From assembly GCA_963776455.1 (NCBI GenBank), contig CAVZMU010000001.1:97736-161735 (forward strand): 64,000 bases of DNA. The letters run 5' to 3'. This stretch comes from an uncultured Alphaproteobacteria bacterium. Lineage in GTDB: Bacteria > Pseudomonadota > Alphaproteobacteria > Rhizobiales > Xanthobacteraceae. Position 1 is the first letter of the stretch, and the number at the start of each line of letters is the position of its first letter. The position numbers and the translations under genes were made by a program. The notes under the pieces were generated by a model. The model was not told where the DNA came from. It did no database searches and saw only the letters and a list, made by a program, of their open reading frames with translations. Of this stretch, positions 1 through 13,161 are shown piece by piece.

Positions 1-752
1 TTGAACGCGATCGCGGTCTGGCTCTTGAGCGCCGAGACGAAGCCGTACATGAACTTCTCGGCCGTCAGGTAGAGCACCTTGCGCTCGCGGGCGGCGTTGC
101 CGGCCCAGGCGATCGCCTGCAGCAGATGGGTTTTGCCCAAGCCGACGCCGCCATGGATATAGAGCGGGTTGAACACCACTGGCTCGCGTCGGCGCGCGGT
201 CGCGACCTGGCTCGCCGCCGCATGGGCAAGCTTGTTGGAGCGCCCGATCGCGAAGGTCTCGAACGTCAGCCGCGGGTCGAGCGGCGAGCCGCCGAGCGCG
301 TCATGGGCGACGGAGACGGGCGCCGCGACTCGCTCGCCGTCCTTGGCCGGCTCCCGCGCCTCGCGGCCTTCGTCCGGCACCGCCGGCTTCGTTTTCGAGA
401 CCAGCGAGCGCAGCACCGCCGAGCGCACGATAAGCTCGATGCGCTTGATGTTCGGCTCCATCGCCTGCCAGTAGCCCAGCACCCGGTCGATGTAGTGCGC
501 CAGGACCCAGCTTTTGAGGAACAGCGTAGGAACCGACAGGCGCACCGTGTCGGCGTCCTTGGCCACGAAGTCCATGCTGGCGAACCAGCTCAGATAGATG
601 TCTTCGCCCAGCTCGGCGCGCAGCCGCTTCTTGACCCGCGTCCAGCGCTCCTGGTCACCGCCCGCCGGATCGGCATCGTCATGCGACGACGCCGTGGAGT
701 CCCCGCGCCGGGCCGCCGTGACATTATTGATGGCTTCTGACGATTTCTGCAT
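1..752 (-). CDS. dnaA: Chromosomal replication initiator DnaA, N-terminal portion (gene runs off the window start)
   Basis: Minus frame from ATG at 750-752 (GGAG 6 nt upstream) reads [10 protein letters not shown]...[10 protein letters not shown]...[24 protein letters not shown] (AAA+ Walker A) without interruption to position 1. Checked codon by codon for 1-300 and at several anchor codons. Absent from the ORF track because the stop lies outside the window. Confidence 0.9.
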   Translation of the reverse strand, partial: MQKSSEAINNVTAARRGDSTASSHDDADPAGGDQERWTRVKKRLRAELGEDIYLSWFASMDFVAKDADTVRLSVPTLFLKSWVLAHYIDRVLGYWQAMEPNIKRIELIVRSAVLRSLVSKTKPAVPDEGREAREPAKDGERVAAPVSVAHDALGGSPLDPRLTFETFAIGRSNKLAHAAASQVATARRREPVVFNPLYIHGGVGLGKTHLLQAIAWAGNAARERKVLYLTAEKFMYGFVSALKSQTAIAF

Positions 753-1795
753 CGCTTGCTCCGGAAGTTCAAGTCGCAAAGGATCGGCATGCGCCCGCAA
801 GGCTGCGGACGAATTGCCTCAAGGATCGGGATGAAGAGGCTGGCGGGGCGCGGGGGGCGTCAGCGGCCGGGCGGCGCTTGGCCGTGCCGTGGTCCCGGAG
901 GAGCACCGCGGAAAGGCGGCGATGCGGGCCCGATGGGCACCAAACCCGCCAGGACGATGGTGGGGTCGAACCTGCCTCGGGATTGATCGGGTCTGGATGC
1001 TAGCGGAGAAGTTGAAATCCGGCGTACAATTGTCGTCATACTTCCTCCCGTCGATCACGTACCGCCGTACGCGATGACTGCCGCTCTCAAACTTTCGGGT
1101 TCTACCGAGACGCCTCGAAACATCGTTTGTGTAGAAACGATGTAGTACAGCAGAGGATCAAGGTTTGGACCGAGACTCGGTTCAACCGTGAGCAAAACAG
1201 ACCGGGAGCGAGTATACATTATACCACCCCTATCTGCGCGTCGGAGCGCGAATACTGATCGTTTCCTGAAGCCCCCGGGAGCCCGGAAGTGTTACGACCA
1301 TACACTCCAAAGAGAGAGGCGCAACGGTTTGTTAAGGCCATTGTTATTGCGTCGCGTTCGCATCAAGACGGTGCCATGACAGGAATGTGAAGCATCGGCG
1401 GGCAACGGCTTGAATCGCCGCGATGAATCCCAGACCCGCTTTGTTTGTTCCCGCTGCTGCCTGGCAGCGCCCCGGCAGGAGCGGCCGGTCATTACCGCAG
1501 GCCCAGACAACCGACTCCAACCCCCTCATTTTTCATACCTCTCAAGTCTTTGGCGAAACGAGGCTTTTTTTGTTCAATTTTTCGACTAGCCTTAATCTCC
1601 CGCGCCGGTTCCGCGGCCCGCCCATTGCGGAAATTTCGTACGCAGCAATACGGAGAGGGCCTCCCTTCGCCCCATTTGTTGACACCACCAAGCACAACGA
1701 TAGCGCGCCCGGCTTTCACCAAGGTCGAGCGAAAGTTGTGCAAAATCGTGATGGGTCAGCCGATAGCCGCAGCGGCGAGCCGGGCTTCGGACGCC
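753..1795 (-). promoter_or_regulatory. Long non-coding spacer between co-oriented rpsT and dnaA (presumed dnaA promoter and 5' leader)
   Basis: 1,043 bp with only short, compositionally odd ORFs. Contains an AT-rich island (1527-1597), small palindromes and GANTC sites. Function inferred from position only. Confidence 0.4.
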
Positions 1796-2062
1796 TTACT
1801 TCGCCAGTTTGGAGATCTGGTGCGAGAGGCGCGAAACCTTGCGGCTTGCCGTCAGCCTGTGGACGACGCCCTTTTGGGCGGCCCGCATCAGCTCCGGCTC
1901 GGCGGCGCGCAGGGCGCTGGTGGCGGCGGTCTGGTCGCCGGCGGTAATCGCCTCCTCGACCTTGCGGACGAAGCCGCGCATGCGCGAGCGGCGCGCCTTG
2001 TTGACTTCGGTTCGTCGCGCGATCACGCGCGCCGCTTTCCCGGCAGACTTGGTGTTGGCCAT
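1796..2062 (-). CDS. rpsT: 30S ribosomal protein S20 (bS20)
   Basis: 88-aa [42 protein letters not shown]...; typical bS20 sequence and length. ATG at 2060-2062 lies inside track ORF 1796..2080. Confidence 0.93.
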   Translation of the reverse strand: MANTKSAGKAARVIARRTEVNKARRSRMRGFVRKVEEAITAGDQTAATSALRAAEPELMRAAQKGVVHRLTASRKVSRLSHQISKLAK

Positions 2063-2160
2063 CGTGTTCCCGTTCCGCAAGGCGCCGCGACTTGCGTCGC
2101 CGGCAGCGTCATCGATCTCTGAAAAGGCAGCGGCGGCCTAAAGCCGCCTGCGCGGGGAGG

Positions 2161-2187
2161 CTTATATCAGCCCGCGGGAAGGGTCAA
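2161..2187 (-). promoter_or_regulatory. Candidate sigma70-type promoter for rpsT
   Basis: Minus strand reads TTGACC (2187-2182), 15-nt spacer, TATAAG (2166-2161), about 95 nt upstream of the rpsT ATG. Pattern match only; the spacer is short. Confidence 0.25.
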
Positions 2188-2204
2188 CGGCGGGCATGCG
2201 TCGT

Positions 2205-3106
2205 TCACGCCACGCGCTTCGCCCGCACGCCGTCGTAGCCGGCGATGGCGCTCGCACGATCCGCCACCGGAAGGGCGCGAGCGGCGGCATCACCCGCGCC
2301 CAGGCCGGCGTCGCCATGGATATGGGCGAGCGTCGATTTGACCCCGGACACGAGCGGTTTGCCGTCGAACAGCTTGCGGATCGTCACCGCTTGGTCGAGC
2401 GCGGCCGTGTCGCCGTCGCGCCAGGCGCGGGCGCACAGGTCGGCATTGAGGTTGGCGGTCGCCGAGATGCAGCCCGCGAAGGCACCGGCGCGCGCTTCGA
2501 TCAGGCCGGCCTCGGTCGACGGGAACACGTCGAAGTCCGGTGACAATCGCAGCGGCCTCCCGCGCATAGGCCATGTCGCCGGAGGAATCCTTCAGGCCGA
2601 CGATGCGCGATCCGAACGCCGTCGAGCAGGCGCGCGATCAGCGTGACGTGCCACGGCAGTCCGGACTGCGACGGGAAGTGATAGAGATAGATCGGGATCG
2701 GCTTGTCGGCCGTCGCCTTCACGATCGTCGTCGATATAGGCCGCAAGGCCGTCATCCGGCACGCCTTTGTAGTAGAACGGCGGCAGGATCAGCGCGCCGG
2801 CAAAGCCGAGCTCCGCGGCGTGTCGCGTCAGCGCGACCGCGTCGGCGAGTCGCGGCCGCTCCGGTGCCGACCATCAGCCGGTCCAGCGGCAGACCGGCGG
2901 TCGCGTAGGCGCGACATCACCGCCTTGCGCTGCTCGAGCGAGAACGAGGTCGCCTCGCCGGTGGTGCCGAGCACGTTGAGGCCGTCGCAGCCGGTGTCGA
3001 GCAGGAAGCGCGCGAGCTTGGTCGAGCGCGCGGCGATTCGGCGCGCCGGTCTCGTCGACCGCGGTGGCGACGGCGGCGATGACGCCGGAAAGCTGGTCGA
3101 GGCCAT
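2205..3106 (-). pseudogene. Dihydrodipicolinate synthase (DapA) family protein, frame-disrupted as assembled
   Basis: Family fragments spread over three minus frames: GLDQLSGVIAAVATAVDETG, LGTTGEATSFSLEQRKAVM, ALTRHAAELGFAGALILPPFYYKGV, DKPIPIYLYHFPSQSGLPW, GLKDSSGDMAYA, then the intact C-terminal 120 aa (track ORF 2205..2567). At least 6 frame changes in 0.9 kb. Confidence 0.75.
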
Positions 3107-3160
3107 ATGTGCTCCGGATCGGTTCTCTCTCGCCTGCCGGGGGGAATGAACAAGCAAACT

Positions 3161-5445
3161 CTACCCGCTCACGTTATAGGCCGCGAGCGCCGCCATGTTG
3201 ACGAGGTCGGTGTCCTTCGGCCGACAGATTCACGATCTGCACCGACTTGTCGAGGCCGACCAGCATCGGCCCGATCACGGTCGCGCCGCCGAGCTCCTGC
3301 AGCATCTTGGTCGAGATCGCGGCGGAGTGGAACGCCGGCATCACCAGCACGTTGGCGGGACCCGACAGGCGGCAGAACGGATAGGCCGCCATCAGCTCGG
3401 GATTGAGCGCGACGTCCGCCGCCATCTCGCCGTCATACTCGAAATCGACGCGCTGCTGCGTCGAGGATGCGCACCGCGTCCTGCACTTTCTCGGCGCGTT
3501 CGCCGGGCGGGTGGCCGAAGGTCGAGAATGACAGCAGCGCGACGCGCGGCTCATAGCCGAGGCGGCGTGCGACACCGGCCGCTTCGATCGCGATTTCGGC
3601 GATGTCCGGCCCCGTCCGGCATCTCGGTGACGGCGGTGTCGGCCACCAGCACGGTGCGGCCGCGCGACACCACCAGCGACACGCCGATGACGCGGTGGCC
3701 GGGCTTGGGGTCGATGGCATGCGCTGATCTCCGCGAGCGCGACCGAGAAGTTGCGCGTGACGCCCGTCACCATGGCGTCGACATCGCCCAGCGCCACCAT
3801 GCAGGCGGCGAAATGGTTGCGGTCCTGGTTCACCAGCCGCTGGACAGTCGCGGATCAGGTAGCCCTGGCGCTGCAGCCGTTCGTAGAGATAGGCCGCATA
3901 TTCGGCGTTGCGCGTCGCCAGGCGCGCGTTGATGATCTCGATGCCGTCGCCGAGCTCGATGCCGGCAATCTTCGGCGGTCTCGCGCACGCGGTCCTCGCG
4001 CCCGACCAGGTAGCGCCGTGCCGAGGCCCTGATGGACGAAGCTCGCGGCCGCGCGGATCACCTGCTCCTCCTCGCCTTCGGCGAAGACGACGCGCTTCGG
4101 CGAGCGCCGCAGCCGCTCGAACACCCGCTGCAGCACGCCGGCGATCGGGATCGCGCCGGGTGCGCAGTGTCTGCCGGTAGGCGTCCATGTCGACGATCGG
4201 CTTGCGCGCGACGCCGGTATCCATCGCGGCCTTGGCGACCGCCGGCGGTATGAACGAGATCAGCCGCGGATCGAACGGCACCGGGATGATGTAGTCCGGC
4301 CCGAATTTCGGCCGCGCGCCGTAGGCCGCAGCGACCTCGTCCGGCACGTCCTCGCGCGCAAGCTCGGCGAGCGCGTGCGCGGCCGCGATCTTCATCTCCA
4401 TGTTGATGGTGGTGGCGCGCACGTCGAGCGCGCCGCGGAAGATGTAGGGGAAGCCAAGCACGTTGTTGACCTGGTTCGGATAGTCCGAGCGGCCGGTCGC
4501 CATGATGGCGTCGTCGCGCACCTCGGCGACCTCCTCGGCCGTGATCTCGGGGTCGGGATTGGCCATCGCGAAGATGATCGGGTTCTTGGCCATCGAGGCG
4601 ACCATGTCCTTGGTCACGGCGCCCTTGGCCGAGAGACCGAAGAACACGTCGGCGCCCTTGAGCGCCTCGGCCAGCGTGCGCGCATCGGTCTTGACGGCAT
4701 GCGCCGACTTCCACTGGTTCATGCCCTCGGTGCGGCCCTGGTAGATGACGCCCTTGGTGTCGCAGAGGATGAGGTTCTCGTGCCGAAAGCCGATCGCTTC
4801 CAGCAGCTCGAGGCAGGCGATGCCGGCGGCGCCGGCGCCGTTGCAGACGAGCCTGGTGTCCTCGATCTTGCGGCCGGTGAGATCGAGCGCGTTGATCAGC
4901 CCGGCGGCCGAGATGATGGCGGTGCCGTGCTGGTCGTCATGGAACACCGGGATGTCGAGCAGCTCGCGCAGCCGCTGCTCGATGATGAAGCACTCCGGCG
5001 CCTTGATGTCTTCCAGGTTGATGCCGCCCCAGCCCTTGCCGAGGAACCTGACGCAGTTGATGAATTCGTCTGGATCCTCGGTGTTGACCTCCAGGTCGAT
5101 GGAATCGATGTCGGCGAAGCGCTTGAACAGCACCGCCTTGCCTTCCATCACCGGCTTGGCGGCGAGCGCGCCGCGATTGCCGAGCCCGAGGATCGCGGTG
5201 CCGTTGGTGATGACGGCGACGAAGTTGCCCTTGGTCGTGTAGTCGTAGGCGCGGCTCTCATCCTCGGCGATCGCCAGCACCGGGATCGCGACGCCGGGCG
5301 AATAGGCGAGCGAGAGGTCGCGCTGCGTCGCCATCGGCTTGGTGGCGATGACCTCGAGCTTCCCGGGCCGGCCCTGGCTGTGAAACAGCAGCGCTTCCTG
5401 GTCGGTGAAGGTCGGCCGCTTGGGGCCGCCGCTCTTGGGAGCCAT
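3161..5445 (-). pseudogene. maeB: NADP-dependent malic enzyme with C-terminal phosphotransacetylase-like domain; 3' third frame-disrupted as assembled
   Basis: Track ORF 3433..5502 gives an uninterrupted malic-enzyme domain ([42 protein letters not shown]) from MAPKSGG (ATG 5443-5445) to about 4180. The PTA-like domain is recovered only by frame hopping ([16 protein letters not shown]; [18 protein letters not shown]; [19 protein letters not shown]; VLVMPAFHSAAISTKMLQELGG). Reconstructed stop is TAG at 3161-3163. Confidence 0.85.
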
Positions 5446-5493
5446 AACGTCTCCGAAAAAATGCAAGGCCGCTCGGCCGGGCGGGCACCATAA

Positions 5494-7233
<1,740 letters not shown>

Positions 7234-7237
<4 letters not shown>

Positions 7238-8910
7238 TCAACGACCTCTGGTACAAGAACGCGGTCATCTATTGCCTCTCCGTCGGCACCTACATGGACG
7301 CCAACGGCGACGGCGTCGGCGACTTCCAGGGCCTGATGCGGCGGCTCGACTATCTCCACGGCCTCGGCATCACGGCCATCTGGCTGATGCCGTTCCAGAC
7401 CTCGCCGCATACGCGACGACGGCTACGACGTCGCCGACTACTACAGCGTCGACCCGCGCTACGGCACGCCTCGGCGATTTCGTCGAGTTCACCCACGCCG
7501 CCAAGCAGCGCGGCATCCGCGTGCTCATCGATCTCGTCGTCAACCACACCTCGGACCAGCATCCGTGGTTCAAGGAGGCGCGGCGCGACCCGAACTCGAA
7601 ATATCGCGACTGGTACGTCTGGTCGAAGACGAAGCCGGCCAACGCCAACAAGGGCATGGTGTTTCCCGGCGTGCAGAAGTCGACCTGGACCTACGACGAG
7701 CAGGCCAAGGCCTAGTACTTCCATCGCTTCTACGACTTCCAGCCCGACCTCAACACGTCCAATCCGGAGGTGCAGGCCGAGATCCTCAAGATCATGGGCT
7801 TCTGGATCCAGCTCGGCGTCTCCGGCTTCCGCATGGACGCGGTGCCCTTCGTGATCGCCACCAAGGGCCCGAAGGTCAGCAAGCCGGAGGAGCAGTACGA
7901 CATGCTGCGCGCGCTTCCGCGAGTTCCTGCAATGGCGCCAGGGCGACGCGATCATCCTCGCCGAGGCCAACGTGCTGCCCGACACCGACATGGAGTACTT
8001 CGGCGACGACGGCGACCGCATGCACATGATGTTCAACTTCCAGGTCAACCAGCACCTGTTCTACGCGCTCGCCACCGCCGACACGCGCCCGCTGGCCAAG
8101 GCGCTGAAGGCGACCCAGCCGCGGCCCGCCACCGCGCAGTGGGGCCATGTTCCTGCGCAACCACGACGAGCTCGATCTCGGGCGCCTGACCGAAGAGCAG
8201 CGCCAGACGGTGTTCGCCGCGTTCGGGCCGGACAAGGACATGCAGCTCTACGACCGCGGCATCCGCCGCCGGCTCGCGCCGATGCTCGGCGGCGACCGGC
8301 GCCGGCTCGAGCTCGCCTACAGCCTGCTGTTCACGCTGCCCGGCACGCCGGTGCATCCGCTACGGCGACGAGATCGGCATGGGCGACGACCTGTCGCTGC
8401 CGGAGCGCAACTGCGCGCGCACGCCGATGCAGTGGTCCGACGAGCCGCATGGCGGCTTCACCAAGCAGCGACAAGCCGGTTGCTGCCCGGTGATCAGCGA
8501 CGGGCCGTACGGCTTCGAGCACGTCAACGTCGCGATCCAGCGGCGCGATCCGAACTCGCTGCTGAACTGGACCGAGCGCATCATCCGCATGCGCAAGGAG
8601 GTGCCGGAGATCGGCTGGGGCGACTTCACCGTGATCCCGCACGCGCAACCCCGCGATGCTGGTGATGCGCTACGACTGGCGCAACAATTCCGTGCTGTTC
8701 GTGCACAATCTCGATGCCGAGCCGCACGAGATCGCTTTCGCGGTCGGCGTCGAGGGCGAGCACGGCGACCTTCTGGTCAACCTGCTCGCCGAGGATCACA
8801 GCCGCGCCGGCGACGACGGCAAGCATCGCCTCGTCATCGAGGGTTACGGCTATCGCTGGTACCGCGTCGGCGGCCTCGACTATCTGCTCCGGCGCAGCGA
8901 GATCGATTGA
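7234..8910 (+). pseudogene. GH13 alpha-amylase family protein, trehalose-synthase-like; frame-disrupted plus one in-frame TAG
   Basis: [103 protein letters not shown]-terminus YGYRWYRVGGLDYLLRRSEID. Several frame changes and an in-frame TAG at 7713-7715 where homologues have WY.HRF. Confidence 0.78.
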
Positions 8911-8991
8911 GGCGCAGGGCGGTGGACAGCCGTCTTGCCCGTGCCAAGCGGGCATGAAAGCCCCGTCCTGATCTGCTAGCGTGTGCGTCTC

Positions 8992-11732
8992 ATGGACGCC
9001 GCCAGCCCCATCACGCCGGACACCGCAGCGCCCGCGGACGCGAGTGGCCGCATTTCGCCAGTGATGGAGCAGTATATCGAGATCAAGGCCGCCAATCCGG
9101 ACTGCCTGCTGTTCTACCGGATGGGCGATTTCTACGAGCTGTTCTTCGAGGACGCCGAGATCGCCTCGCGCGCGCTCGGCATCGTGCTCACCAAGCGCGG
9201 CAAGCATCTCGGGCAGGACATCCCGATGTGCGGCGTGCCGATCCACCGCTCGGACGATTATCTCCACCGGCTGATCGCGCTCGGCCACCGCGTCGCGGTG
9301 TGCGAGCAGCTCGAGGACCCGGCGGAGGCGCGCAAGCGCGGCGGAAAGAGCGTGGTGCGCCGCGACGTGGTGCGGCTCGTCACGCCCGGCACGCTGACCG
9401 AGGACACGCTGCTCGATGCGAGGCGCAACAATTATCTGTTGAGCGTCGCGCGGGCACGGGCCTCGTCCGCCGAGGAGGCCAGCCGCTTCGCGCTCGCCTG
9501 GATCGACATCTCCACCGGCGAGTTCCGCCTCACCGAATGCGAGCAGGCCGGACTCGCCGCCGAGGTCGCGCGGCTCGAGCCGGGCGAAGTCATCGTGTCG
9601 GACGCTTTCTATGGCGATAGCGAGATCGCACCGTGGCTGCGCACGCTTGCCGCGGTGACGCCGCTGACGCGCGACGTGTTCGACGGCGCCACCGCGGAAC
9701 GTCGCCTCGCGTCCTATTTCGCGGTAGCGACGACAGATGCCTTCGGCGCCTTCTCGCGGCTGGAGCTCACGGCCGCAGCGGCCTGCGTGACGTATGTCGA
9801 GCGCACGCAGCTCGGCAAACGGCCGCCGCTTTCGCCGCCGGCGCGCGAAGCCTCCGGCTCGACGCTGCAGATCGACGCTGCGACGCGCACCAACCTCGAA
9901 CTGATCCGCACGCTCTCCGGCGAGCGGCGCGGCTCGCTGCTCGCCGCGCTCGACCGCACCGTGACCGCGGCGGGATCCCGGTTGCTGACGCAGCGGCTTG
10001 CGGCGCCGCTCACCGATCCTGAGGCAATCACGCGCCGGCTCGATACGGTGTCGGCCTTCGTGGCCGATGCTGCCATGCGGAGCGAGGTCCGCGAGCGGCT
10101 CGCGGCGGCGCCGGATTTGGCGCGTTCGGTCGCAAGGCTCGTGGTCGGCCGCAGCGGGCCGCGCGACCTGGCCGCGATCCGCGACGGTCTTGCGGCAGCG
10201 GCTCATCTCGCAATGCGGCTCGACGCCATGGACGAAGCCTCGGCCGAGATCGCCGAGGCGCGCGACGCGTTGCGGCGGGCCGACGGGACATTGAGCGAGG
10301 AACTCGCCGCCGCGCTGGCGCGACGAGTTGCCGCTGTTCAAACGCGATGGCGGCTTCGTGCATCCCGGCTACGACCAAGCCCTCGACGAGGTGCGCCAGC
10401 TTCGCGACGAGTCGCGCCGCGTCGTCGCCTCGCTGCAGGCACGCTATGCCGACGAGATCGGCATCCGGACCTTGAAGATACGACACAACAATGTGCTAGG
10501 CTATTTCATCGAGGTCACGGCGCAGCACGCCGAGAAGCTGACCGCGCCACCCGCCAATGCGACCTTCATCCATCGCCAGACGCTGGCCGGCCAGGTGCGC
10601 TTCACCACCACCGAGCTGGCCGGGCTGGAATCCAAGATCGCCAACGCCGCCGACCGCGCGCTGTCGATCGAACTCGATATCTTCGATCGCCTCACCGCGA
10701 GCGTCACCGCGGAGAGCGACGCCATCAAGGCGGCGGCCAATGCGCTCGGCATGCTCGACGTCGCCGCCGCGCTGGCGGCGCTCGCCATCGAGCACGACTA
10801 TGTGCGGCCAGAGGTCGGGCCCACGCTCGACTTCTTCGTCGAGGGCGGGCGCCATCCGGTGGTCGAGCAGGCGCTGGCGCGCGATGGCGGGCCCGTTCGT
10901 CGCCAACGACTGCGACCTGGCGCCGCCGGGCGGCGGCGACGCCGGCCGCATCTGGCTCATCACCGGCCCCAACATGGGCGGCAAGTCCACCTTCCTGCGC
11001 CAGAACGCGCTGATCGCGGTGCTGGCGCAGATGGGAAGCTTCGTGCCGGCGAAGCGCGCGCGCATCGGCATCGTCGACCGCCTGTTCTCGCGCGTCGGCG
11101 CCGCCGACGATCTCGCGCGCGGCCGCTCCACCTTCATGGTCGAGATGGTGGAGACCGCCGCGATCCTGAACCAGGCGGGGCCGCGCTCGCTCGTCATCCT
11201 CGACGAGATCGGCCGCGGCACCGCGACCTTCGACGGGCTGTCGATCGCCTGGGCGGCGATCGAGCACCTGCATGAGACCAACCGCTGCCGTGCACTGTTC
11301 GCGACCCATTTCCATGAGCTCACCGCGCTGTCGGCCAAGCTGCCGCGGCTCCACAACGCGACCCTGCGCGTCAAGGAATGGCATGGCGAGGTGATCTTCC
11401 TGCACGAGGTGATGGCGGGCGCCGCCGACCGCTCCTACGGCATCCAGGTGGCGAAGCTCGCCGGTCTTCCGGCGAACGTGATCGAGCGGGCCAAGCTGGT
11501 GCTGGCGCAGCTTGAGTCGAATGACCGCGCGTCGTCGGCGCGCCGCCTGATCGACGACCTGCCGCTGTTCGCGGCGGCTGCGCGTACACCAGCGCCGCCG
11601 TCACCCGACGATAGCGCGACATCCGCGCTCATGGCGTCGCTTGCCGCGCTGAACCCCGATGAGATGTCGCCCCGTCAAGCGATGGACGCGCTCTATGCGC
11701 TCAAGCAAAAGGCGATGAAGCGGGATGGCTGA
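8992..11732 (+). pseudogene. mutS: DNA mismatch repair protein MutS, two frame disruptions as assembled
   Basis: MDAASPI...[34 protein letters not shown], later [39 protein letters not shown]. The frame changes near 10320 and near 10892-10894 (a CCC run). ATG at 8992; the track starts at GTG 8983. Confidence 0.9.
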
Positions 11733-11741
11733 TCATATTCC

Positions 11742-11757
11742 CGCTCGGCGCCGAGCG
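11742..11757. terminator. Perfect 16-bp palindrome between convergent mutS and the membrane-protein gene (possible bidirectional terminator hairpin)
   Basis: CGCTCGGCGCCGAGCG lies 10 nt after the mutS stop. There is no U-tract, so terminator function is inferred only. Confidence 0.35.
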
Positions 11758-11788
11758 AATGAGCGGAGAATAGATCAGCGGCGGTGGA

Positions 11789-12601
11789 TCAAATCCTGCG
11801 CGGCGGCCGTGGCGGGATTCCGCGCCGCCGGATGATCCAGGTCACCAGGTTCCACATCACCGCCACGGCGAGACCCAGGCTCAGCGCCGCCGGCGCGCCG
11901 AGCGGCACGACGGTCAGGTGCAGCGCCAGCAATGCCGCGCCGAAGCCGAGAAGCCCCCATAGGCCGTTGGCGATGACCGCAGCGGTGGCGGGGCCGCCGA
12001 TGCGCGGATGTAGGATCAGCACCAGGCTGGTCAGCACGATCGGGAACGTCGCGATCATGCCGCTGATGGTCGCGCCGACGCGGCTGCTGACGGTGACGAC
12101 GATCGCCACCAGGGTTGCCACCATCGCGGCGCGCAGCGGGATGTCGTACCAGCGCCGCGTCACGACCGGCATCGCGGCATGGCGGAAGCGCGCCACCAGT
12201 GGAATGCAGACCGCATAGACGACCACGTTGGCAATCACCGCCTGCGTGATCGTGAGATCGAGCCCGCGCATGCCGATCGCCAACAGGACCCATACGCCGA
12301 GGCCCGCCGGGAGGCTGACGAGCAGCGGCGCGCGCTGCGCCAGCGCGACGTAGATGAGCATGTAGACGCCCGTCGCGGCATTGATGGCGAGACTTGCGGT
12401 CGCGGCTTGCGCGAGGAACGCCGTGTCATGGTCGAGCGACAGGAATACATAGCCCGGTCCTGCCGACACCGGCAGCGTCGAGATCAACGCACCGATCACC
12501 GGCCCGGCGCGCTCCGTGACGACGGATGAAACCACCACGAAGCCCGCAGTGATGGCCATCTTGACGACGAGCAGAACCAGGACGGTGAGATCAGCGGACA
12601 C
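11789..12601 (-). CDS. Hypothetical multi-pass integral membrane protein
   Basis: Intact 270-aa ORF with about 8-9 hydrophobic helices (LTVLVLLVVKMAITAGFVVV, GVYMLIYVAL, GMIATFPIVLTSLVLIL...). GTG start at 12601. No family recognised by eye. Confidence 0.6.
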   Translation of the reverse strand: MSADLTVLVLLVVKMAITAGFVVVSSVVTERAGPVIGALISTLPVSAGPGYVFLSLDHDTAFLAQAATASLAINAATGVYMLIYVALAQRAPLLVSLPAGLGVWVLLAIGMRGLDLTITQAVIANVVVYAVCIPLVARFRHAAMPVVTRRWYDIPLRAAMVATLVAIVVTVSSRVGATISGMIATFPIVLTSLVLILHPRIGGPATAAVIANGLWGLLGFGAALLALHLTVVPLGAPAALSLGLAVAVMWNLVTWIIRRRGIPPRPPRRI

Positions 12602-12622
12602 TGCGAGTCGTCATCGGGCGGA

Positions 12623-13132
12623 TCACACCCGCTGCATCTTGATGTCGACCGGCGGGCCCTTTGCGATCGTCTGATAGACGACGCAATAACGCTCCGTGAG
12701 CTTGAGCAACTGGTCGAGCTTGTCCTGCGGCGCGTCGGTGTCGACGTCGAAGGTCAGCCGGATCTGGGCGAAGCCGACGGGCGCATCCTTGGCGACGCCG
12801 AGCGTGCCGCGGAAGTCGAGGTCGCCTTCCGCCGACACGGTACCGGATTTCAGCGGCACGTCGATCGCGGTCGCGACCGCTTTGAGCGTGACGCCGGCGC
12901 AGGCGACCAGCGCCTCCAGCAGCATGTCGCCGGAGCACAGCTCCATTCCCGAACCGCCGGTCGCCGGATGCAGGCCGGCCACCGCGAGCGAGCGCCCGGT
13001 CTCAACCTTGCAGGCGATGCTCTGGTCGTCGAGCGTGCCCTTGGCTTTCAGCGTGATGAACGCAGCTTTCGCGTCATCCTTGTAGCGCTCCTTGATCGGA
13101 GCCTGCATTGCGCGCAGCGCGGCGGCGTCCAT
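12623..13132 (-). CDS. OsmC family peroxiredoxin-like protein
   Basis: Intact 169-aa ORF with the two-Cys OsmC pattern (GMELCSGDMLLEALVACAGVTL) and typical length. Confidence 0.75.
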   Translation of the reverse strand: MDAAALRAMQAPIKERYKDDAKAAFITLKAKGTLDDQSIACKVETGRSLAVAGLHPATGGSGMELCSGDMLLEALVACAGVTLKAVATAIDVPLKSGTVSAEGDLDFRGTLGVAKDAPVGFAQIRLTFDVDTDAPQDKLDQLLKLTERYCVVYQTIAKGPPVDIKMQRV

Positions 13133-13161
13133 TGTGATCTCCTAAACAGAAAGGGAACGTG

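Noticed and set aside
753-1795. Possible chromosomal origin (oriC) next to dnaA.
   Set aside because: I found only one degenerate DnaA-box-like site and no cluster of boxes. In alphaproteobacteria oriC is usually near hemE rather than dnaA. The region is better treated as a dnaA regulatory or leader region.
7713-7715. Programmed stop-codon read-through or non-canonical amino acid at the in-frame TAG.
   Set aside because: There is no supporting context or machinery, and the gene also has several frame breaks. A point error or a true pseudogene is far more likely.
8626-10341. Long ORFs antisense to recognised genes: 8626..10341 (571 aa, opposite mutS), 17582..19303 (opposite glnD), 20901..21971 (opposite the PBP gene), 27924..29447, 43604..44962 (opposite fabB/fabI), 45143..46540 (opposite pnp), 55335..56507 (opposite nusA), 58271..59449 (opposite metK), 61971..63185 (opposite corC).
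   Set aside because: These are typical mirror ORFs of 66% GC DNA. The products are Arg/Ala/Gly/Asp-rich low-complexity strings with no motifs. In each case the opposite strand encodes a textbook conserved protein.
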